Of a stretch of 64,000 bases of DNA, positions 36,249 to 45,381 are shown in pieces. The position numbers were made by a program, and so were the translations under genes. The notes under the pieces were generated by a model. The model did not search any database, had not been told where the DNA came from, and worked only from the letters and a program-made list of their open reading frames with translations. This DNA is from an uncultured Clostridia bacterium (GTDB lineage Bacteria > Bacillota > Clostridia > Christensenellales > UBA1242), in the NCBI GenBank assembly GCA_905235475.1, contig CAJOLU010000001.1, forward strand, positions 38,917-102,916. Direction: 5' to 3'. How positions within the stretch are numbered: the stretch's first letter is position 1; every line of letters begins with the position of its first letter.

Positions 36249-38057
36249 ATGGAAAAATTAACAAGTAAGAAACTTATGAATATGTGGGCAGAATATTGGA
36301 CGCAAAATGGCCACCAAAAAATTGATGGGGCATCTTTGATTCCAAACGATAACTCTGTTTTATTCACAACTGCAGGAATGCAACCATTAATTCCGTATTT
36401 AATGGGAGAGCCTCATCCAAAAGGGAAGAGAGTTTTTTCAATTCAACCTTGCCTTAGGACCAACGACATTGAAGATGTGGGAGATAATCGTCATCACACA
36501 ATGTTCTTTATGCTCGGAAACTGGAGTATTGGAGATTACTTTAAAGATGATGCAATTAAGTGGAGTTACAACTTTTTAACAAACGAAAAGTGGCTTGCAA
36601 TTCCAAAAGAAAAATTGGCTGTAACGGTTTTTGAGGGCGATGAGCGGGTTCCAAGAGATGAAAAAAGTGCTAATCTATGGAAAGAATGCGGAATTCCTGA
36701 AAATAGAATTTTTTATTTCCCTAAAAAAGACAATTGGTGGGAAATTGGGGGCGGAGTTGGACCTTGTGGCCCAGACACTGAAATCTTTTATGACACAGGC
36801 AAACCAGCGTGTGGCCCAAATTGTGATCCATCTTGTGATTGTGGAAAATGGGTTGAAATTTGGAACAATGTGTTTATGGAATTTGTTGTTGAAAAGGCGG
36901 GAGACCCACTTAAAAAACTTCCACAACAAAATGTGGACACTGGAATGGGAATGGAAAGAGTTGTTTCTGTTTTGAATGGCTTTAAATCAACATATCAAAA
37001 TGATTGTTTTGAAGATGCAATTTCTGTTTTGGAAGAACTTTCTGGCAAAAAATTTGACTTTGAACAACAAGATGGCAAGCCTTTTGCTGTTATTTGTGAC
37101 CACATTAGGGCTTCTGTGTTCCTTTTGGGCGACCAAAAACCAACTGTTCCATCAAATGTTGGGCAAGGCTATATTTTAAGAAGACTGATTCGCCGTGCTG
37201 TTAACTGCACAAGAAGACTTGGAATTAATGCGCAAGACCTTACAAAAGTTGCAGAATGTTTCATTGAGTTCTATAAAGACGAGTTTCCAAACTTTGTTAC
37301 GAAGCGTGATTTTATTTTGAGTGAACTAGAAAAAGAAATTGAAAAGTTTAACAAAGCATTAGATGGTGGGCTTAAAGAGTTTTCTCACATTACAAAAGAT
37401 ATGAAAGAGGGAGACACTATTGATGGTAAAACAGCATTTAGGCTTTTTGACACATTTGGTTTTCCAAAAGAACTCACTGTGGAACTTGCTGGCGAAAAGG
37501 GATTAAAGGTTGATATTTGTGGTTTTGATGCTGCATTTAAGGAACATCAACAGAAATCTAGAGATAACAGTGGAGCAATGTTTAAGGGGGGAGTTGGGCA
37601 AACAAATAGCGAAGAAGAGCAAATTTTGGTTGCAAGACTTCACAGTGCCACACACCTTTTGCACGCGGCTCTTCGCAAAGTTATTGGGCCAACAGCAGAA
37701 CAAAGAGGAAGTAACATCACACCAGAGCGTTTGAGATTCGATTTTGTTTGTGACCACAAAATGACTGATGAAGAAATTAAAAAAGTTGAAGAGATTGTTA
37801 ACGACTCCATCAAGGCAAATGTTCCAATCACTTGTGAAGAAATGAGTGTGGAAGAGGCTAAAAATAGTGGTGCTATTGGAATATTTGAGTCTAAATATGG
37901 CGATAAAGTAAAAGTTTACACAATGGGGCAGTTTAGTAAAGAAATTTGTGGAGGACCTCACGCAAACAGCACCGGGGAGTTGGGAACTTTTAAAATAACA
38001 AAAGAAGAAAGTAGTTCATCTGGAATTAGAAGAATTAAAGCAATTTTGGTTAAATAA
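36249..38057 (+). CDS. alaS: Alanyl-tRNA synthetase, short form (catalytic and tRNA-recognition domains plus an HxxxH/CxxxH editing core; no C-Ala domain)
   Basis: 602 aa; FTTAGMQP, GNWS.GDYFK and VDTGMGMER motifs; HSATHLLH and CGGPH zinc motifs near the C-terminus. Confidence 0.8.
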   Translation: MEKLTSKKLMNMWAEYWTQNGHQKIDGASLIPNDNSVLFTTAGMQPLIPYLMGEPHPKGKRVFSIQPCLRTNDIEDVGDNRHHTMFFMLGNWSIGDYFKDDAIKWSYNFLTNEKWLAIPKEKLAVTVFEGDERVPRDEKSANLWKECGIPENRIFYFPKKDNWWEIGGGVGPCGPDTEIFYDTGKPACGPNCDPSCDCGKWVEIWNNVFMEFVVEKAGDPLKKLPQQNVDTGMGMERVVSVLNGFKSTYQNDCFEDAISVLEELSGKKFDFEQQDGKPFAVICDHIRASVFLLGDQKPTVPSNVGQGYILRRLIRRAVNCTRRLGINAQDLTKVAECFIEFYKDEFPNFVTKRDFILSELEKEIEKFNKALDGGLKEFSHITKDMKEGDTIDGKTAFRLFDTFGFPKELTVELAGEKGLKVDICGFDAAFKEHQQKSRDNSGAMFKGGVGQTNSEEEQILVARLHSATHLLHAALRKVIGPTAEQRGSNITPERLRFDFVCDHKMTDEEIKKVEEIVNDSIKANVPITCEEMSVEEAKNSGAIGIFESKYGDKVKVYTMGQFSKEICGGPHANSTGELGTFKITKEESSSSGIRRIKAILVK

Positions 38058-38130
38058 TAAATTAACAAGTTGGCAATTTTTTGTTGACTTGTTTTTGTTT
38101 TAATTATATACTTATTCTAAGAGGTGAAAA

Positions 38131-39771
38131 ATGGGAGTTTTTGGTCATATAATGAAATTTATTATGATAACCTTGGTTGTTGTTTTGGTTATTTTTATTG
38201 TGGCTTTTGCAGCAATGTTCTTTTTCCCTAGCTTCAAACTTTTTGGTTATCATTACATTGATTCTGGTGACAATGGCGGAATATATGAATATTTGAGGGG
38301 AGATGAAGCAAAGGCTCAAGAAGAGTGGGATAAAGCAGACATCATAAGAATTGAAACTGCTGGATATGATCTTGATTTTGAATATGCAAATAGCAAGATG
38401 TTGATGAACAGTGGTGATATTCGAGTTGAAATTTATGGGATATATCGAGGTTTTGTGAAGGGCAGTGTGGAGAAACCAACATACACAAGTTCCAACTCAA
38501 CTTATGATGTTACAAGTGAGAATAAAGATAATTCATTCTATATTGACGAAACAAGACCAGATAAAAAGATTTATTTCATTAGGATGCAAGAACCTGAAAA
38601 AGGATTCTTAATGCATTCTAGAAATGAAATCCATTTTATAATCACACAAGATGCTTTCAAAGACAAAGATGTTGAAATTTTTACGCAAGGTGGAAATATA
38701 AGTTTTGGTGCTGACAAAATGATGAGCGTAAATAATCTTAAAATTGTTAGTGACAGTGGTTCTGTGTATTTAAATAATATGAAAATTAACACATATATTG
38801 AAGATGGTGTTGAAAAAGTTGGCAATTTGGAAATCATAAAAAGCCAAAAAGGTGCTGTTAAAGTAGACACAAACCTTAAAGCAAATGTTGCTATCACGGT
38901 TAATGGTGGAACAGATGCCATTCAACTGAAAAATATTGAAAGCACAGAAGGAGATGTTAGCAAACTAACAATCAATAGTTATAAGGGTGCTGTTTATATT
39001 GGTGATGTTGATGGAGACTTTTCTTGTAATTGTGGTGGGGCAAAACTTGAGGCAGGAAACATAACAGGTGCCGCCAAAGTGACAGTTAAGGAAACAAGTT
39101 GCCACTTTAAAACAATTGGGCAAACACCAAATGTTGACACTTTGGAACTTGAAGTAACTGGAAAAACAAACCTAGATTTTGAAAAGGTTATGAGCAATAT
39201 TGATGTTAAAGCAAATGTGAACTCTACTATAAATGTTTGGGAATCTTTTGGTGATGTTGTGTATAGACAAGAAAAAGGAAATGGAACATTTAACCTTAAA
39301 AATGCACATGCATCAAACATAAACATTGTTCAAGCAACAGGAAGGGTTAATCTTGACTGCAACAAAGATGAAATTGTGAACATCACATCAACAGCAACAA
39401 GTGGAACCATTGCATTTTCTGGAGTGGAACAAGGGCGTGTTGAAATAAATACAGCAAATGAACAAAGCGGTTGCAGCATAATTGGTGTCTTTGAAGTTAT
39501 TAATGATAAACACACAATCAAAACAACCAGTGGAACAATTAATATAACAGCACCCCAAAATGATTCATATTCAATTTTTTGGTTGGCAAAAAGTGCTTCC
39601 ATAGATATCTTTGGAAATCTTAAAACAAACGCATTTTCTAGCGAAGAATATTGTAAACAAAATGATAGTTCTTATCGCCACACCACAGCATATGGAGAGC
39701 CTTGTGCGGAAAAGTTGAATGGATTGGATTTGTATGCAAGTGCGGGAAAAGTTGTTATTTCAAAAATATAA
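38131..39771 (+). CDS. Membrane-anchored protein with a repetitive beta-strand region (DUF4097-like putative adhesin fold)
   Basis: 546 aa; N-terminal TM followed by many short G.V.V/N.K-type strand repeats. Confidence 0.45.
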   Translation: MGVFGHIMKFIMITLVVVLVIFIVAFAAMFFFPSFKLFGYHYIDSGDNGGIYEYLRGDEAKAQEEWDKADIIRIETAGYDLDFEYANSKMLMNSGDIRVEIYGIYRGFVKGSVEKPTYTSSNSTYDVTSENKDNSFYIDETRPDKKIYFIRMQEPEKGFLMHSRNEIHFIITQDAFKDKDVEIFTQGGNISFGADKMMSVNNLKIVSDSGSVYLNNMKINTYIEDGVEKVGNLEIIKSQKGAVKVDTNLKANVAITVNGGTDAIQLKNIESTEGDVSKLTINSYKGAVYIGDVDGDFSCNCGGAKLEAGNITGAAKVTVKETSCHFKTIGQTPNVDTLELEVTGKTNLDFEKVMSNIDVKANVNSTINVWESFGDVVYRQEKGNGTFNLKNAHASNINIVQATGRVNLDCNKDEIVNITSTATSGTIAFSGVEQGRVEINTANEQSGCSIIGVFEVINDKHTIKTTSGTINITAPQNDSYSIFWLAKSASIDIFGNLKTNAFSSEEYCKQNDSSYRHTTAYGEPCAEKLNGLDLYASAGKVVISKI

Positions 39772-39777
39772 AAATAA

Positions 39778-39812
39778 AAAATAGTTTATGTTTGTTCATA
39801 AACTATTTTTTG
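39778..39812 (+). terminator. Rho-independent terminator
   Basis: ATAGTTTATG / CATAAACTAT 10-bp stem followed by a T-run. Confidence 0.65.
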
Positions 39813-39864
39813 TGTTAGTGGCAGTTTTTGTTATTAAAAAGAAAACAAAAGCATATATTTTACT

Positions 39865-40563
39865 ATGTTTTTAGTTATTAACAAGAAGTTTTTGAGATAT
39901 ATATTTTTGTTTTGTGCCATCGTTTTAAGTTCTGTGATGATTTATTCTGTTTCCACCATTGTGTCGGCCGTTCCATCAAGCCTATATACTGTTGTTTTAG
40001 ATGCTGGTCACGGCGGAATTGACGGCGGAAGTATGGGCAAAAGTGGAGTTTATGAGAGAGATATCAACCTATCTGTCACAAAAAAGATAAAAACACTTCT
40101 AAACACCTTAAATATCGCCGTTGTGGAAACAAGAACAACGGAGGAGGGGCTTTATGGTGTGTTTGCAAGTGGCTTTAAACAAAAAGATATGAAAGAACGA
40201 CAAAAAATTATTAAAAATTCTGGTGCTGATTTGGTGGTGAGTGTGCATATGAACTATTTTTCAGATCCTTCTGCCAAAGGGGCTCAAGTGTTCTATAAAC
40301 CAAACAGTGCTATAAGTCAAACTCTTGCAAAAAAGATGCAAACCTTGTTCCAAAAGAATTTGTTTTATGCTCGCAAAGAGCCTGCAAAAGGGGATTTTTA
40401 TATTCTCACATGTTCTGATAAACCGGGAGTTTTGGTGGAATGTGGCTATTTATCTAACCCACAAGAAGAAGCTCTTTTGATAACAGAGGAATATCAAAAC
40501 AAGGTGGCTTATCAAATTTTTTGTGGCATTGTTTCATTTTTTGATCTAAAAATAACTGACTAG
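39865..40563 (+). CDS. cwlD: Germination-specific N-acetylmuramoyl-L-alanine amidase, CwlD-like (Amidase_3)
   Basis: 232 aa; signal anchor plus LDAGHGG.DGG and VSVHMN motifs. Confidence 0.75.
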   Translation: MFLVINKKFLRYIFLFCAIVLSSVMIYSVSTIVSAVPSSLYTVVLDAGHGGIDGGSMGKSGVYERDINLSVTKKIKTLLNTLNIAVVETRTTEEGLYGVFASGFKQKDMKERQKIIKNSGADLVVSVHMNYFSDPSAKGAQVFYKPNSAISQTLAKKMQTLFQKNLFYARKEPAKGDFYILTCSDKPGVLVECGYLSNPQEEALLITEEYQNKVAYQIFCGIVSFFDLKITD

Positions 40564-40580
40564 CAATTAAAACTTTCTAG

Positions 40581-40609
40581 TTGTTTTTATTTTTTTGTTG
40601 TGATATAAT
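40581..40609 (+). promoter_or_regulatory. Promoter placed for a leaderless or very short-leader mrnC transcript
   Basis: TTGTTT, 17 nt, TGaTATAAT. The -10 ends 6 nt before the ATG at 40616. Confidence 0.4.
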
Positions 40610-40615
40610 GGCTAT

Positions 40616-41023
40616 ATGAAATTTGATTTTGAAGAGTTTGATTATGATGAAGAAGATGTTTTTTTAATGCCATCAACAAGCCTTGCGTTTGTTGGAGATG
40701 CCTTGTTTTCTTTGTTTGCAAGAGTGAAGGTTATGAACACGCAAGCAAAGTCTGGCAAATTTCACGCCTTAGCAACCAAAATGGTTAAAGCAAGTGCTCA
40801 AGCAAAGATTTTGGATAGCCTTTTGCCAACCCTAACGGAAAGAGAAGAAAATGTTGTTCGCAGAGCAAAAAATGCTCACACAACCAGCAAAAGCAAAAAC
40901 GCTGGGCTTGCAGACTATAAAAAAGCAACAGCATTTGAGGCACTTTTGGGTTATTTGTATTTAACAAAAAACACAAAAAGATTAAATGAGGTGTTAACAG
41001 CATCACTTGAGGTGGAATTATGA
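40616..41023 (+). CDS. mrnC: Mini-ribonuclease III
   Basis: LAFVGDA RNase III signature, ~135 aa, conserved mrnC-rlmB-sigH context. Confidence 0.8.
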   Translation: MKFDFEEFDYDEEDVFLMPSTSLAFVGDALFSLFARVKVMNTQAKSGKFHALATKMVKASAQAKILDSLLPTLTEREENVVRRAKNAHTTSKSKNAGLADYKKATAFEALLGYLYLTKNTKRLNEVLTASLEVEL

Positions 41024-41745
41024 TTGTTTGTGGAAAGAATGGGGTTATGGAAGCCCTTAGGTCTAATGAAAAAATCTATAACATTTGGGTAAACAAATCT
41101 TTTGCTGGCGATTTGGATAAAGAAATTGTGTCACTAGCAAAAAAGAAAAATGTTAGGATTGAATTTGTTGACAAAATGTTTTTAGATAAAAAAACAAATG
41201 GGGAACATCATCAAGGTTACGCCCTAAATGTGGAAGATTATAAATATTGTGAAGTTGAAGATATTTTGGCATATGCAGACCAAAAAGGTGAACAACCTTT
41301 TGTTGTGATACTCGACAAAGTGGAAGACCCACACAACCTTGGAAGTGTTGTTCGTGTTTGTGAGTGCGCTGGTGTTCATGGAATAATCATTCCAAAACAT
41401 AATGCTTGTGAAGTTAACCAAACTGTTTCTAAAACAAGTGCTGGCGCGATTAGTTATATGAAGATTGCAAAAGTTAGCAACTTAAATAATGCAATCGAAA
41501 AACTAAAAAAACAAGGATTGTGGGTTTATGGAGTTGAACTTGGGGGAGATGATTTCTATAAGGAAGACTTGCGTGGACCTATTGCCCTTGTTATTGGAAG
41601 TGAGGGCTATGGAACATCTAGCCTTGTGAAGAAAAATTGTGACAAAATTCTAACTCTTCCAATGTTTGGAAAAGTTAATTCCTTAAATGCGAGTGTTGCT
41701 TGTGGCGTGGCTGTTTTTGAGGCTTTAAGACAAAGGAGAAAGTAA
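41020..41745 (+). CDS. rlmB: 23S rRNA (guanosine-2'-O)-methyltransferase, RlmB/TrmH family
   Basis: SpoU-type motifs (DPHNLGS..R, LVIGSEG.G, SLNASVA). Confidence 0.8.
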   Translation: MIVCGKNGVMEALRSNEKIYNIWVNKSFAGDLDKEIVSLAKKKNVRIEFVDKMFLDKKTNGEHHQGYALNVEDYKYCEVEDILAYADQKGEQPFVVILDKVEDPHNLGSVVRVCECAGVHGIIIPKHNACEVNQTVSKTSAGAISYMKIAKVSNLNNAIEKLKKQGLWVYGVELGGDDFYKEDLRGPIALVIGSEGYGTSSLVKKNCDKILTLPMFGKVNSLNASVACGVAVFEALRQRRK

Positions 41746-41749
41746 ACTT

Positions 41750-42373
41750 ATGTTAAATCAAACAGAAATTATTTGTTTGCTTCAAAAAGCAAAAAATGGT
41801 GATGACAAAAGTTTGGAAATTTTGCTTGATAACTTTAAACCAATGGTTTCTAGCATTGTTCGTGGATATTTTTTGGTTGGTGGAGACGAAGAAGACTTAA
41901 TGCAAGAGGGAATGATTGGGCTATATAAAGCAATTGAGGGATATAACGAAAATTGTAAAACAACTTTTTCAACTTTTGCCTATCTTTGCATAAAAAGGCA
42001 AGTTCAAAACACAATAAGGGCAAGCCTTAGAAAAGAAAGAGGAAAACTGAACAACTATTTGCCCATCACAAATCAAGGAATGATTGCTGTTGGGGACGAA
42101 AATATTGGAATCTTTCTGCTCAGTGATGAATTAAATCCAGAAGAAAGTTACATTGAGCAAGAAGAAAAGAAAGAACTTAGTGATGTTATTAAAAAAGAGT
42201 TAAGTGAATTTGAATTTAATGTGTTGTTTCTATATTTAAAGGGATTTAATCACACAGACATATCAAACAAACTTTCAAAAGATGTGAAAAGCATTTCAAA
42301 TGCAATAGCAAGAATTAAACAAAAACTACAAAATGTTTTAGGGGGAGAAAATGTATCTAGCACTGTATCGTAA
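41750..42373 (+). CDS. sigH: RNA polymerase sigma factor, SigH-like
   Basis: Sigma-70 regions 2 and 4 (DLMQEGMIGLYKAI, F.T.A...I.R), downstream of rlmB as in Bacillus. Confidence 0.7.
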   Translation: MLNQTEIICLLQKAKNGDDKSLEILLDNFKPMVSSIVRGYFLVGGDEEDLMQEGMIGLYKAIEGYNENCKTTFSTFAYLCIKRQVQNTIRASLRKERGKLNNYLPITNQGMIAVGDENIGIFLLSDELNPEESYIEQEEKKELSDVIKKELSEFEFNVLFLYLKGFNHTDISNKLSKDVKSISNAIARIKQKLQNVLGGENVSSTVS

Positions 42374-43760
42374 GTTTAGACCAAACACTTTTGATGAAGT
42401 TGTTGGGCAGGAACACATCATACGCACACTTAAAAATCAAATTGAGATGGGGCAAATTGGGCACGCCTATTTGTTTTGTGGAAGCCGTGGAACAGGAAAA
42501 ACTAGTGTGGCAAAAATCTTTGCAAAAGCGGTTAACTGCCAAAATCCACAAAATGGTTCTCCTTGCAACAATTGTGAAGTGTGCAGAAATCTTAATAACT
42601 CAAACAACATAGATATCATTGAAATTGATGCGGCCAGCAACAACCGTGTTGATGAAATTAGAGATATTCGTGACAAAGTGAAATATCCACCAATCTATGG
42701 GAAATATAAAGTTTACATAATTGATGAAGTGCATATGCTCACAGATAGTGCATTTAATGCCCTTCTAAAAACTCTTGAAGAGCCACCAGCACATATTATA
42801 TTCATTTTGGCAACAACAGAACCACAAAAACTTCCAGCAACAATTTTGTCTAGGGTGTTAAGGTTTGACTTTAAGTTAATTGGACAAAAAACTTTGGAAG
42901 AACATATTAAAAATGTGTTCACAAAAGCTGGGGTTGGTTATGAAGATGACGCCATTTCAGCAATCGCAAAAGCAGGAAATGGAAGTGTTAGAGATGCTTT
43001 GTCTATTGCGGATATGTGTTCAAGTTTTTCTCGTGGCAACATAAAATATATTGATGTTATAAACGTTTTGGGAACAAGCACACAAGAAAAAATATTGTCT
43101 ATTAATGAAGCGTTATTGAGTAGTGATGTGTTAAAGTTTATGCAAGAGTTTTCAGAAGAAGTTAATTCTGGCAAAAATGCAATAACACTGTTCCAAGACC
43201 TAACTCGTGGACTTAGAAATATGCTTGTTTTGAAAACGGCAGGAGTGAACAAAGAACTTGTGGACCTTCCACAAAATGAACAACAAAAACTTTATGAAGT
43301 TGCCAACAAGTTTAGTGTTCAAAGAATAAACAAATGTTTTGTGGAGTTTAGCCAAACTTTGGGAGAACTTAAATATGCCATAGACCCACAACTATTAATT
43401 GAAACAGCGTGCCTAAAACTAGCAGAAAAGATTGAAGAAAAAAAAGAAGAACCACTAACAGAACATAAAATTTGGGGGCAAGTGTTAATTGAATTATCAA
43501 AAAGTAACATTATTGTTCATTCAGCACTTGTTAATATAACAAACATCAAAATGGAAGACCAAAACTTTGTGATTAACATAGACAACTCAAGTGTTTGTGA
43601 AATGGTGAAAAAACCAGAAAACTACAACGATTTGGTTGCTTGTTTTAGAAAAGTTGGTTATAATTATAATGTTTTAATCATAAACAATCAAGAAGACGAA
43701 GAAGATAAAGCAAAGTTAATTAGCAAAAAACTTGGTCTTGATGTTAACATAACAAATTAA
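42351..43760 (+). CDS. dnaX: DNA polymerase III subunit gamma/tau (short, 469 aa)
   Basis: LYRKFRP..F.EVVGQ, GSRGTGKTS Walker A, a CxxC..C zinc module, IIDEVHML and SVRDALS. Confidence 0.9.
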   Translation: MYLALYRKFRPNTFDEVVGQEHIIRTLKNQIEMGQIGHAYLFCGSRGTGKTSVAKIFAKAVNCQNPQNGSPCNNCEVCRNLNNSNNIDIIEIDAASNNRVDEIRDIRDKVKYPPIYGKYKVYIIDEVHMLTDSAFNALLKTLEEPPAHIIFILATTEPQKLPATILSRVLRFDFKLIGQKTLEEHIKNVFTKAGVGYEDDAISAIAKAGNGSVRDALSIADMCSSFSRGNIKYIDVINVLGTSTQEKILSINEALLSSDVLKFMQEFSEEVNSGKNAITLFQDLTRGLRNMLVLKTAGVNKELVDLPQNEQQKLYEVANKFSVQRINKCFVEFSQTLGELKYAIDPQLLIETACLKLAEKIEEKKEEPLTEHKIWGQVLIELSKSNIIVHSALVNITNIKMEDQNFVINIDNSSVCEMVKKPENYNDLVACFRKVGYNYNVLIINNQEDEEDKAKLISKKLGLDVNITN

Positions 43761-43773
43761 GGAGAATAAGATT

Positions 43774-44097
43774 ATGGCAGGATTTAATGGATTTAACGGC
43801 GGAATGCAAATGCAACAACTAATGAAACAAGCGCAAGCAATGCAAGAAAAAATGCAAAAGCAAAAAGAAGAATTGGAGGCAAGCGTTTTTGATGCTTCTA
43901 GTGGCGGTGGAATGGTTGAACTTAAAATGAATGGAAAACGCGAAGTTGTGGCTTTAAAGATTAAGCCAGAAGTTGTGGACCCAGATGATATTGAAATGCT
44001 TGAAGACTTAATTAAAGCAGCAGTGAATGACGCAAACTCACAAGTTGATGCAAAAATGCAAGAAATGATGCCAGGTGTTCCAGGGGGATTCTTTTAA
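43774..44097 (+). CDS. ybaB: Nucleoid-associated protein YbaB/EbfC
   Basis: 107 aa, typical YbaB sequence, in a dnaX-ybaB-recR context. Confidence 0.85.
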   Translation: MAGFNGFNGGMQMQQLMKQAQAMQEKMQKQKEELEASVFDASSGGGMVELKMNGKREVVALKIKPEVVDPDDIEMLEDLIKAAVNDANSQVDAKMQEMMPGVPGGFF

Positions 44098-44691
44098 TTG
44101 AAAAATTATATAGAGCCAATTGAAAAACTTGTTGATGAGTTTTCTTGTCTGCCAGGGGTTGGGAAGAAAACAGCAATGCGTTATGCCTACAAAATTATTA
44201 ATATGAGTGAAGAAAGTGTTGCAGAGTTTGCAAATGCAATGCTTCAAGCAAAACAAAAAGTGAGGTTTTGCGAAATATGTGGGAACTGGACAGACACAAA
44301 AGTTTGTTCAGTGTGTTCTCATGGAAATCAACAAATTGTTTGTGTTGTTGCAGAGCCAAAAGACATCTTATCGCTAGAAAAAGTTAAAGACTTTGATGGA
44401 ACATATCATGTTTTGCATGGGCTTTTGGACCCTCTTAATGGTAAAGGTCCAGATGATATTAACATCAAAGGGCTTTTGAAAAGAATTAATGACTATAAGG
44501 TGCAAGAAGTTATTATGGCAACAAGCCCAACAGTGGAGGGAGAGGCAACAGCCATGTATATTGCAAGTCTTCTAAAACCACTTAATGTGAAAGTGACAAG
44601 AATTGCACAAGGGGTGTCACTTGGAACTGATCTTGAGTATGTTGATGAAGTCACACTTTCACGAGCAATGGAAGATAGAAAAGAATTATAA
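44098..44691 (+). CDS. recR: Recombination protein RecR
   Basis: LPGVG.K.A.R helix-hairpin-helix, a C4 zinc finger (C.IC....C.VC), and a Toprim domain. TTG start. Confidence 0.9.
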   Translation: MKNYIEPIEKLVDEFSCLPGVGKKTAMRYAYKIINMSEESVAEFANAMLQAKQKVRFCEICGNWTDTKVCSVCSHGNQQIVCVVAEPKDILSLEKVKDFDGTYHVLHGLLDPLNGKGPDDINIKGLLKRINDYKVQEVIMATSPTVEGEATAMYIASLLKPLNVKVTRIAQGVSLGTDLEYVDEVTLSRAMEDRKEL

Positions 44692-44814
44692 AACAAAAAT
44701 CAGTAATTTATGTTTGCTGATTTTTTTATTTTAAAACTTTCAATTTTTTTGATTTTTGATATATTTTTTACTCTTTTTCACAATTTTTATTAAAAAAACA
44801 TATAAAAATAAAAA

Positions 44815-45315
44815 TTGGGGGTAAAAAATTTGAACTTTGATGATGAACAAATTGCGGATGAAAAAAGCATCGCAAATATGAAAGCATCTTATGCAGATGC
44901 TAACAAAATGTTGAAGGTTAGAACGCTTGCAGATGAGAAGGTTGAAAACAAAAATGTTCTATCTCTTGGAAGAATCATCAAAAAGGCGGACAAGTTTTTT
45001 TCTTATCTAAAAGAAATGGTAAGTGATGGTCTAAAAGATTTTGTTGAAGAGATGCGTGGCGTTAATTTTTTTGAACTAGAAAAACTTAAAAAAGAATATA
45101 AAGAACTTGAAAAATTGGAAGGGGAGAATCCTGAACTTGTGGAAAGACCTAGTTCAATGATGGAATTAAACAAGGTGATGGCAGAAACGGAAATTGATGC
45201 ACTAAAGAAAATGCTTTTGCTTTATCAAAATGAAAAACAAGAAAAATTGAAAGAGATGTTGTTTGAAATGATGGAAAGGCGACTTGATGCATTTGAAAAA
45301 ATCTTTTTATACTAA
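44815..45315 (+). CDS. Hypothetical coiled-coil protein (start uncertain: TTG 44815, TTG 44830 or ATG 44878)
   Basis: 166-aa ORF, helical and charged. No family recognised. Confidence 0.4.
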   Translation: MGVKNLNFDDEQIADEKSIANMKASYADANKMLKVRTLADEKVENKNVLSLGRIIKKADKFFSYLKEMVSDGLKDFVEEMRGVNFFELEKLKKEYKELEKLEGENPELVERPSSMMELNKVMAETEIDALKKMLLLYQNEKQEKLKEMLFEMMERRLDAFEKIFLY

Positions 45316-45366
45316 AAAATCTATTTAAAAATATTGTTTAAAAACAATACTTTTTTTATTTTTATA

Positions 45367-45375
45367 TGCTATAAT
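45367..45375 (+). promoter_or_regulatory. Extended -10 element placed for a leaderless cca transcript
   Basis: TGcTATAAT ends 6 nt before the ATG at 45382, with no SD. It lies downstream of a terminator hairpin (TATTGTT/AACAATA followed by a T-run). Confidence 0.4.
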
Positions 45376-45381
45376 GGTTGT

